From an uncultured Verrucomicrobiota bacterium (GTDB taxonomy: Bacteria > Verrucomicrobiota > Kiritimatiellia > CAIKKV01 > CAITUY01), in assembly GCA_964508705.1 (NCBI GenBank), contig CAZDUS010000001.1, positions 80,799-144,798 of the forward strand: DNA of 64,000 bases, in the 5' to 3' direction. How positions within the stretch are numbered: position 1 is the first letter of the stretch; every line of letters begins with the position of its first letter. The notes beneath the pieces are model-generated. The model had not been told where the DNA came from. It worked only from the letters and a program-made list of their open reading frames with translations, and ran no database searches. The position numbers and the translations under genes were made by a program. This document shows, one piece after another, positions 57,136-64,000 of this stretch.

Positions 57136-57266
57136 CGCTATTGGCCACTGAACGTGGGCCACTGAACGCAGTGCAAACGCATCTAAATTCTCATATTTCT
57201 TGCTATGCTGGCTCCAGAAGGGCAGCTTAAAACGATGTCACCAAGGGGGTATTCACATTTTTGAGT

Positions 57267-57366
57267 ACGGCGGCTTGACGCCGTTTTCCAAGGCGCGGCT
57301 TGACGCGCCCTGTCCAGGTGTGCGGTCCGTCAAGCCGGTCCACACAAAGCGACGTCAAGCCGTCGC
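57267..57366. repeat. Array of four 18-nt hairpins with variable 6-bp stems and conserved hexaloops (GCTTGA x2, then TCAAGC x2)
   Basis: 57267-57284 reads ACGGCG-GCTTGA-CGCCGT. 57292-57309 reads GGCGCG-GCTTGA-CGCGCC. 57324-57341 reads GGTCCG-TCAAGC-CGGTCC (5 of 6 pairs). 57349-57366 reads GCGACG-TCAAGC-CGTCGC. Confidence 0.7.
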
Positions 57367-57526
57367 ACTCCAAATTTCAGTCAATTTGAGCCAATATTGC
57401 CAGAGAACTGTGAGTTTGGATACGTTTGCCCTATCGCCCCCTCCAAGCCTATCTACAGCCAATCTGCCCGCTTGTCCCTGCTTTTCCCTGTGTTACTATG
57501 AACCTCAACAGGGAGGCTTGCAGAAC

Positions 57527-58897
57527 ATGAGTAAGACCATTTTGTGCATTGGCGCCGGGTATGTCGGGGGCCCCACCATGGCCATGATCGCTCGGCAATG
57601 TCCGGACGTCCAGGTTCATGTGGTGGATATCGATGCCGACCGCATCCGGGCCTGGCAAAGCGACCGGCTTCCCATCTACGAGCCCGGCCTGCACGATGTG
57701 GTAAAATCCGCCCTGAACAGGAATCTCTTCTTTTCAACGGACATCGCCCGCGGGATCGCGGAGGCGGATATCATCTTCGTCAGCGTCAACACTCCCACCA
57801 AAACCTTTGGACAAGGCGCGGGCCAGGCCGCCGACTTGCAGTATTGGGAGAAAACCGCGCGGCAAATCAAGGAGCACTCCAGCACGGATAAAATCGTTGT
57901 CGAAAAAAGCACCCTGCCTGTCCGCACCGCCGAAGCCATGGAGCGGATTCTTCATTCCGGCGCCAAGACCGTTCACTTCGAGGTGCTGTCCAATCCCGAA
58001 TTCCTGGCCGAAGGCACCGCCGTCAAGGATCTCGAAAACCCGGACCGCGTCCTGATTGGCGGCCATGCCACCGACTCCGGTCGGCGCGCCGTGTCGGAAT
58101 TGGTGAACATCTATGCCCAATGGATTCCCAGGGACCGCATCCTGACGACCAATGTCTGGTCGAGCGAATTGTCCAAGCTGGCGGCCAACGCCTTTCTGGC
58201 CCAGCGGATCAGCTCAATCAACAGCCTCTCGGCGCTGTGCGAACGGACAGAGGCAGACGTTTCCGAAGTGGCCCGCGCCATCGGGATGGATAGTCGCATC
58301 GGGCCGAAGTTTCTCAATGCAAGCGTGGGATTCGGTGGATCCTGCTTCAAGAAGGACATTCTCAACCTGGTGTACCTGTGCCGACATTACGGCCTCAAGG
58401 AAGTGGCCAACTACTGGGAACAGGTCGTCACCATGAACGAGTATCAGGAGGACCGCTTCGTCGAGCAAATGATCGCCTCCATGTTCAATACCGTCGCCGG
58501 CAAACGTATCGCCCTGCTGGGGTTTGCTTTCAAGGCGGATACCGGCGACACGCGGGAAAGCCCCGCAATCCGGGTATGCCGCTCCCTCATTGATGAACGG
58601 GCCTCGGTTGTCATTACCGACCCGGAGGCTCTGAACAACGCCCGCCGGGATCTCGCGGACTGCCTGGATCGTGTGACCTTTGAACCTGATCCCTACAAGG
58701 CGGCGGAGGGCGCTCACGCCCTGGCCATCATGACCGACTGGTCAGACTTCAAGTCTCTCGACTACCAGAAGATTTATGACTCGATGAGCAAGCCGGCCTT
58801 TGTTTTCGACGGTCGTAATTGTCTCGACCATCGGAAGCTGTTTGAAATCGGTTTCAACGTCTTCCCTATCGGCAAGAAACCGTTAAGTCATCTGTAA
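57527..58897 (+). CDS. ugd: UDP-glucose 6-dehydrogenase (long, eukaryote-like type)
   Basis: The start is at ATG 57527 ([17 protein letters not shown]). The catalytic [10 protein letters not shown] is present. The tracked ORF adds 109 unsupported codons that run across a repeat array. Confidence 0.93.
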   Translation: MSKTILCIGAGYVGGPTMAMIARQCPDVQVHVVDIDADRIRAWQSDRLPIYEPGLHDVVKSALNRNLFFSTDIARGIAEADIIFVSVNTPTKTFGQGAGQAADLQYWEKTARQIKEHSSTDKIVVEKSTLPVRTAEAMERILHSGAKTVHFEVLSNPEFLAEGTAVKDLENPDRVLIGGHATDSGRRAVSELVNIYAQWIPRDRILTTNVWSSELSKLAANAFLAQRISSINSLSALCERTEADVSEVARAIGMDSRIGPKFLNASVGFGGSCFKKDILNLVYLCRHYGLKEVANYWEQVVTMNEYQEDRFVEQMIASMFNTVAGKRIALLGFAFKADTGDTRESPAIRVCRSLIDERASVVITDPEALNNARRDLADCLDRVTFEPDPYKAAEGAHALAIMTDWSDFKSLDYQKIYDSMSKPAFVFDGRNCLDHRKLFEIGFNVFPIGKKPLSHL

Positions 58898-58905
58898 GTG
58901 CTTCC

Positions 58906-59646
58906 ATGACCTTCACCGTGGTTCTCTTTGATATTGATGGCACCCTGCTGGATATGAAAGGGGCGGGCCGGCTCGCATTCATACTCACCATCAAAGCCGT
59001 CTTCGGTCTGGATGACGATCTTTCCTATCTAAGTTTTGCCGGAAGCACCGACCTGAATGTTCTGCAAAAGGTCATGGAACACCACGGACGGACATTGACC
59101 GACGACGACAGCCTTCGGTTTTTCAAACACATGCCGGCAGAACTTGAGGAGGCGTCAAAGGGTAGCGACTTAATCCTCTATCCGGGTGTTCGGAGTCTTC
59201 TGGAAAAACTTTCAGCGAGGCAGGACGTGATCCTTGGATTGGTCACGGGAAACATCGCCTCCTGCGCACGGATCAAATTGCGCCAGTTCAACCTGCATCA
59301 CCATTTCGTCCTCGGGGCGTTCGGTGATGAACACGCCGACCGTAACGAAATTGCCCGCCTCGCGCTTGGCCGGGTTAAATCCAAATTGCCCAGGGACGGA
59401 ACCATTAGATCCCTATTCCTTGTGGGGGATACCCCCAACGATATTGCTGCGGCAAAAGCCATCGACGCCGTGTCCGTTGCCGTCGCCACCGGGAAATTCT
59501 CCACTGCGGAATTACAACAGGCTGGCGCCGACGTGGTGTTGACCGACATGGACGATACGGACTGCGTGATGCAACTTTTCCTTACCGCTGAAAACTCTGC
59601 AGCGCTTTCTGCACCCGGTTCACATGCGTCTTTGTCGCCTCATTAA
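58906..59646 (+). CDS. HAD-superfamily hydrolase (phosphoglycolate-phosphatase-like)
   Basis: Supporting motifs are VLFDIDGTLLD, VTGN and VGDTPNDIAAA. Confidence 0.8.
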   Translation: MTFTVVLFDIDGTLLDMKGAGRLAFILTIKAVFGLDDDLSYLSFAGSTDLNVLQKVMEHHGRTLTDDDSLRFFKHMPAELEEASKGSDLILYPGVRSLLEKLSARQDVILGLVTGNIASCARIKLRQFNLHHHFVLGAFGDEHADRNEIARLALGRVKSKLPRDGTIRSLFLVGDTPNDIAAAKAIDAVSVAVATGKFSTAELQQAGADVVLTDMDDTDCVMQLFLTAENSAALSAPGSHASLSPH

Positions 59647-60061
59647 GCGCCTTGGCGATATGAACGAATTCCGGGGAATCACTTTGCACAGCGGCATAAA
59701 AACCACTATCCAGAACCGACGTTTCAATACGCGAGGCGGTAAACAGTGCCTCTTTTTCCTCAAAGGCCGGCTCTTTCGACTGCGCAATTAATTCATCTAT
59801 CCGTCTGATTTCACTGGTAATGTTCTCTACGCTGAATAGACCTAAGTTCCAGAACATAAATCCGGCATCCAGTTGCTTCTCCAAGGAGGCAAGCATGAGC
59901 GCATGGGATCGCTCTTCCTCAACCAAACCGACCCAGAGGGCGCGTGTATAGGAATAACGCTCGGAATAGGATGCGTAAAGGTCTCCAATCCTATCTTCCA
60001 GCACGGCTAGTACTTTCAGGATTTTGCGCTGGGCTTCAATTATTGCTGAACGAGCAGTCAC
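59582..60061 (-). CDS. Ferritin-like/rubrerythrin-like helical protein, unknown function
   Basis: 159 aa, predicted helical, with LVEEERSHALML (an ExxH-type motif). It has a GTG start. Its 3' end overlaps the HAD gene by 65 nt. Confidence 0.45.
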   Translation of the reverse strand: MTARSAIIEAQRKILKVLAVLEDRIGDLYASYSERYSYTRALWVGLVEEERSHALMLASLEKQLDAGFMFWNLGLFSVENITSEIRRIDELIAQSKEPAFEEKEALFTASRIETSVLDSGFYAAVQSDSPEFVHIAKALNEATKTHVNRVQKALQSFQR

Positions 60062-60267
60062 GGGTGACCCTTCATTAAAATTTTATTCAAATCTTTTTCA
60101 GTTCGTGCAAATTCGAATTGTACGTTCCCGGACCTGTGCCATTTTCTGGCCACGCTTTTCGATAGAACATTCCCGGCTCCATCTGTTGGATTAACCCAGA
60201 TCACCTTACCCGACGGCATCACCCGCGTCAAATAATGCGTATCAAATTGGCAAGTAAATCGCAACAT
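60058..60267 (-). CDS. Hypothetical small protein
   Basis: I take ATG 60267 as the start. The tracked TTG at 60348 would overlap the dapB start. I recognise no family. The stop overlaps the downstream GTG start. Confidence 0.25.
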   Translation of the reverse strand: MLRFTCQFDTHYLTRVMPSGKVIWVNPTDGAGNVLSKSVARKWHRSGNVQFEFARTEKDLNKILMKGHP

Positions 60268-60341
60268 CGCCACCCACACTGCGGCATAGACAAACCGGCA
60301 AGCTTGAATAATACTTCCCCGCAACAAACAGGAGAATAGCC

Positions 60342-61151
60342 ATGACAAAAATAGCCATTATCGGAGCCGCCGGGCGCATGGGCCAAGCCTTGGTTCGGTG
60401 TACACGCGTGATGAAAAACGTTCAACTCATCGCCGCAGTCGAGCAACCTTCCTGCCCGCTCTGCAGCCAGGACGCCGGATACGCCGCCGGCTGTGGCGAA
60501 ACCGGAATCAAAATCACCAGCGACCTTGCCGCCGCCACGCGCGACGCCGATGTCCTCATCGATTTCAGCTTCCACGAAAACGTTCCCGCCACCCTCAAGC
60601 AGGCCGTCGCCTTCAAGAAAGCGGTCGTCATCGGAACCACCGGACTCAATCCCGAGGAACGCTCATCCGTGGATACGGCCGCCAAGGTCATTCCTATCGT
60701 CTGGGCCCCCAACATGTCGCTCGGCGTTAACCTCCTCTTCGCTCTCGTCGAAAAAGCATCAAAGTCGCTCGGCCTCGACTACGACGTCGAAATCACCGAA
60801 GCCCACCACCGCTACAAAAAAGACGCTCCAAGCGGCACCGCTCTCCGACTCGGCGAAAGCGTCGCCGCTGGCCGCAACCAGAATTTCCGTGATGTCACCG
60901 TCTTCGGCCGCGAAGGACTCGGTGGTGAACGCCCCAAGGGCCAGATCGGTATCCACGCCCTCCGCGCGGCGGACATCATCGGCGAACACACCGTCCTCTT
61001 CGCCGCCGACGGCGAGCGCGTGGAAATCAGTCACCGTGCCTCCAGCCGTGATGCTTTCGCCAATGGGGCACTTCACGCCGCCAACTGGACGACCGGTAAA
61101 AACCCCGGTCTTTACGACATGCAAGATGTCCTAGGCCTTCGCTCTGCCTGA
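60342..61151 (+). CDS. dapB: 4-hydroxy-tetrahydrodipicolinate reductase
   Basis: Supporting motifs are IIGAAGRMG and EAHHRYKKDAPSGTA. Confidence 0.95.
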   Translation: MTKIAIIGAAGRMGQALVRCTRVMKNVQLIAAVEQPSCPLCSQDAGYAAGCGETGIKITSDLAAATRDADVLIDFSFHENVPATLKQAVAFKKAVVIGTTGLNPEERSSVDTAAKVIPIVWAPNMSLGVNLLFALVEKASKSLGLDYDVEITEAHHRYKKDAPSGTALRLGESVAAGRNQNFRDVTVFGREGLGGERPKGQIGIHALRAADIIGEHTVLFAADGERVEISHRASSRDAFANGALHAANWTTGKNPGLYDMQDVLGLRSA

Positions 61152-61155
61152 TCCC

Positions 61156-61674
61156 ATGGAAATCGGACTCAGCCTTGGCTCCAATCTGGGCGACCGCCTC
61201 GCCATCCTGCGCGATGCGGTTACCCGGATCAGCCAACTGCCCAACATCCAACTTGTCGCCACCGCCCCCCTCTACGAAACCGATCCGGTCGATACACTCG
61301 CCGAACACGCCCACCTCCGCTACCTCAACACGGTCGTCATCATCGAAGCCCCCGACAACATCGCACTCCGATCCCTGTCCGACAAGCTCCACTCCATCGA
61401 AACCTCTCTTGGCCGAGTCCGCTCCTCAGACCGCAACGCGCCTCGCACCCTCGATATCGACATCCTCTATGCAGGCTCCATCGAACAGGCTGACGGCATT
61501 CTTGATCTACCGCATCCCCGCTGGAAACAGCGCCGCTTCGTAGTTCAACCCCTCTCCGATGTCCGCCCCACCCTGCGACTCCCCCGCGAGAAACATACCG
61601 TCGCCGACATCCTTGCTACCCTCCCCCCCGAAGGCATCACCCCTTTCAAATCCCATAACTGGACTCTTGTATGA
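61156..61674 (+). CDS. folK: 2-amino-4-hydroxy-6-hydroxymethyldihydropteridine diphosphokinase
   Basis: Supporting motifs are LGSNLGDR, PRTLDIDILY and PHPRW..RRFV. Confidence 0.92.
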   Translation: MEIGLSLGSNLGDRLAILRDAVTRISQLPNIQLVATAPLYETDPVDTLAEHAHLRYLNTVVIIEAPDNIALRSLSDKLHSIETSLGRVRSSDRNAPRTLDIDILYAGSIEQADGILDLPHPRWKQRRFVVQPLSDVRPTLRLPREKHTVADILATLPPEGITPFKSHNWTLV

Positions 61675-61729
61675 TTCATATTCTTAGCGTATTTGTAGTT
61701 AGACCCATTAACCCATCTTGGAGTTCCCC

Positions 61730-62719
61730 ATGACCTACACCGCCTCACCCTCCCGCAACGACACCATGACCTACAACCGTTGCGGTCACAGCGGCCTCAA
61801 GCTCCCCGCCATCACACTCGGCTTATGGCAGAACTTTGGCGGCGTGGACGATCCCGAAAACAGCCAGACTCTTTTGCGCCGCGCCTTCGATCTTGGCATC
61901 ACCCACTTCGACCTTGCCAACAATTACGGCCCACCTCCCGGCTCAGCGGAAGAAACCTTCGGCCGGGTCCTGCACCAGGACTTTTCCGCCCACCGCGACG
62001 AACTCATCATCTCCACCAAGGCAGGCTACCTCATGTGGCCCGGCCCCTATGGCGACTGGGGTTCCCGCAAATACCTCGTTGCCAGTCTTGACCAGAGTCT
62101 CCGCCGCATGAAGCTCGACTATGTGGATATCTTCTATTCCCACCGGCCAGATCCCGAGACCCCACTGGAGGAAACCATGGCCGCGCTCAACCATGTCGTC
62201 CGGCAAGGCAAAGCCCTTTACGTCGGCATTTCCAGTTACTCTCCCGATCAGACCCGCGCCGCTTCCGCCGTCCTGCGCGACATGGGGACCCCCTGCCTGA
62301 TCCATCAACCGCGCTACTCGATGTTCAGCCGCGAACCCGAAGGCGGACTGCTTGACACGCTTTCCGAAGAAGGCATTGGCTGCATCGCCTTCTGTCCGCT
62401 AGCCAAGGGACTGCTGACCAACCGCTATCTCCACGGCATTCCAGCCGACTCTCGCATTGCCAAGCCAACCGGCACCCTGCAAAGCGATCAGCTCACGCCT
62501 CAGCGGCTCGACCAGATTCGCCGTCTCAACGCCATTGCTGAATCCCGAGGCCAATCCCTGGCGCAGATGGCATTGCAATGGGTATTACGGGACAAGCGGG
62601 TGACATCCGCCCTCATTGGCGCCAGCCGCATCTCGCAACTCGAAGAAAATGTAAAATCCATCGCCTACCCCAAACTGACCCCCGAAGAACTGGCGCAAAT
62701 CGACTACATCCTCAAGTGA
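61730..62719 (+). CDS. Aldo/keto reductase (YghZ/Kv-beta-like)
   Basis: The start is at ATG 61730. Supporting motifs are GLWQNFG, FDLANNYG and YVDIFYSHRPD. Confidence 0.9.
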   Translation: MTYTASPSRNDTMTYNRCGHSGLKLPAITLGLWQNFGGVDDPENSQTLLRRAFDLGITHFDLANNYGPPPGSAEETFGRVLHQDFSAHRDELIISTKAGYLMWPGPYGDWGSRKYLVASLDQSLRRMKLDYVDIFYSHRPDPETPLEETMAALNHVVRQGKALYVGISSYSPDQTRAASAVLRDMGTPCLIHQPRYSMFSREPEGGLLDTLSEEGIGCIAFCPLAKGLLTNRYLHGIPADSRIAKPTGTLQSDQLTPQRLDQIRRLNAIAESRGQSLAQMALQWVLRDKRVTSALIGASRISQLEENVKSIAYPKLTPEELAQIDYILK

Positions 62720-62793
62720 CACACTTATAACGGCTTCTCGAAAACAACGTTACGGGTTAGCGGACGGCGCGGGTGCAGGGGGATTGACAATTC

Positions 62794-63792
62794 CTAGTGT
62801 CGACGGGCCACAAGACTCCTTGCCATCGGAGGCATGTGCTTCCAAATCATGCTCTTGATTGAAAAGTCCTCGGGCAGGCTCCGCTTCCAAGGCGTCATGG
62901 ACCGGTAATGCCAGTAGATTTTCTTGTAAGGATGATCATTCAAGTAGTTCCACGGCTTTGACGCGCCCGTGAAATGAATGATCGCCGGACGCTCCAGGGC
63001 CTCAGCAAGTTCGCCGGGGGCGCATCCTCCGGCTTTGCCACAAAACATCTCGCCAAACATATTGTAACGAGCGTGTATTCGCACCCAGGAGTGCTGGAAA
63101 AGAATGTTTGCAATATCCTGATCATGCGCGCGGAAACTACCATTGCTTTCGAACGCCATTTTCAGAGCCTGCCGCCCTGTCGCCTGGCTACGCCATAACT
63201 TCAGATTCACCATAAGTACACCGTTGTTAAAGTATCTGGCATCAGGATCCAGATTCAATTCCTTACGCAGCCGTTGCATCTTACGCTCATACCAGTGATC
63301 TGCGGCACAAATGTGGCATTCACGGCTGCCAGGGCCATCCTTCGCCGGAATAATGAAATCCTGCGCCAACAGTCCGGCAAGGGAATCCACAACCATGCAG
63401 TCCGTATCAAGATAAAGTACGCGGTCAACGGATGTCGGAAGAACCTGATCCATAAGCAAGCGTAGATAAGCCGCATATGTGAAATGTCCACCAGTCTTCA
63501 GCTGCTTCATTTCACGGGTATCAACAGGAACAAACACTACCGGAACCTGAAATCGTTCCAAAACAAAGTCGATCAGGCAGGTTTCGCTGTCTCTGTCGAT
63601 GTCATCGTGAATCACATAGACGGTTTTGATGAGCTTGGCATTGTGATCCAGTAACGAGGTCACAGCAGCCGCCAAATGCGCCACGTATTTCCGGTTGCAG
63701 GTATATAGGGCCGCCACAGGCTCAGGCAAGGGCGCAGACAAAGAGTTGATCTCCGACTTCAGTCCGTCATCTAATCCTGTCAAAGTATTCAT
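62794..63792 (-). CDS. Family 8 glycosyltransferase (LPS alpha-1,3-hexosyltransferase-like)
   Basis: It has YLDTDCMVV (DxD), NNGVLMVNL and IIHFTGASKPW. Its GC content looks lower than the neighbouring genes. Confidence 0.88.
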   Translation of the reverse strand: MNTLTGLDDGLKSEINSLSAPLPEPVAALYTCNRKYVAHLAAAVTSLLDHNAKLIKTVYVIHDDIDRDSETCLIDFVLERFQVPVVFVPVDTREMKQLKTGGHFTYAAYLRLLMDQVLPTSVDRVLYLDTDCMVVDSLAGLLAQDFIIPAKDGPGSRECHICAADHWYERKMQRLRKELNLDPDARYFNNGVLMVNLKLWRSQATGRQALKMAFESNGSFRAHDQDIANILFQHSWVRIHARYNMFGEMFCGKAGGCAPGELAEALERPAIIHFTGASKPWNYLNDHPYKKIYWHYRSMTPWKRSLPEDFSIKSMIWKHMPPMARSLVARRH

Positions 63793-63893
63793 AGTCGCTC
63801 ATGTTAGAAGGGTGTAGCCCCGATGAAAATCAAGAATTCCGAAAGCAAATAACTGGCGGCCCGATCACCAAGTCTTCCGCCTGGATACTTTTC

Positions 63894-64000
63894 TTATTCC
63901 ATTTCCCTCACCACAAAATCCGTCGGCAGGCTCGGCGGCGGCACCGGCGCCCGAAACCACTCCTGCAACTCAAACTCCAACCCCACCCCGTGCATATAGT
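63894..64000 (-). CDS. 3' end of an unidentified gene running off the right edge
   Basis: The minus-strand frame reads ...YMHGVGLEFELQEWFRAPVPPPSLPTDFVVREME* with a TAA stop at 63896..63894. I recognise no family. Confidence 0.3.
   Translation of the reverse strand, partial: YMHGVGLEFELQEWFRAPVPPPSLPTDFVVREME

Noticed and set aside
57173-57187. Calling GCAAACGCATCTAAA a PurR operator
   Set aside because: Only one half-site (GCAAACG) resembles the enterobacterial PurR box, and the palindromic partner is missing. One of the three copies lies downstream of its nearest gene.
57209-57224. Sigma-54-type promoter (TGGC-N8-GGGCA) upstream of ugd
   Set aside because: Only the minimal GG-N10-GC spacing matches. 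The flanking consensus positions do not match, and no enhancer-binding protein gene is nearby.
57200-57526. 109-codon N-terminal extension of ugd in the tracked ORF 57200..58897
   Set aside because: The extension is the translation of the hairpin array and has no family counterpart. [15 protein letters not shown] at 57527 is the canonical Ugd N-terminus.
59582-59646. 65-nt convergent overlap of the HAD gene and the ferritin-like gene, considered as a sign of mis-annotation or antisense regulation
   Set aside because: The last about 20 codons of the HAD ORF (SAALSAPGSHASLSPH) look like read-through past the conserved domain. The overlap is most likely a trivial consequence of late stop codons in GC-rich DNA.

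Overview
64-kb chromosomal window from a high-GC bacterium that carries LPS-type envelope genes; I cannot place the taxon from sequence alone. About 55 protein genes are supported. I found no rRNA, tRNA, CRISPR array or intact mobile element. Housekeeping content: guaA (partial), carA, lgt, rluD, lysA, dapA, dapB, folK, leuS, GTP-type pckG, purE, purD, and a ywlC/ywlE/rpiB/glyA block collapsed into two fusion genes. Hydrogenase maturation: an orphan [FeFe] maturase hydG, and a [NiFe] set hypD-hypE-hypA-X-hypB. X is an 807-aa fusion of a histidine-kinase core with a CoA-disulfide/persulfide-reductase and a rhodanese domain. Envelope sugar genes: gmd, fcl, gmhB, a GT2-flippase fusion, wecB, an epimerase, a DegT aminotransferase, two nucleotide-sugar dehydrogenases, GT8 and an LpxC-like deacetylase. 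The accessory stretch (about 38.9-51.3 kb) holds the best candidate for an undescribed system. It is a compact operon of VTC (polyphosphate-polymerase-like tunnel) domain protein, DUF4956 membrane protein and membrane-anchored LamG-CotH kinase. It converges on a lipoprotein phosphodiester glycosidase with a membrane partner. Next to it, a 3.1-kb two-gene segment is bracketed by a duplicated glyA 3' end. Non-coding structure is rich. There are GTAG-type REP hairpins, two further hairpin repeat families (one showing compensatory stem changes), 7-nt-periodic CTGAA-type spacers at many gene junctions, and a four-hairpin array upstream of ugd. Silent sites show a strong strand asymmetry: + genes favour NNC codons and - genes favour NNG. 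Two + strand blocks break this pattern, the hybrid kinase at 31.6-34.0 kb and the VTC-CotH operon. All calls rest on reading translations and motifs by eye; no searches were run.
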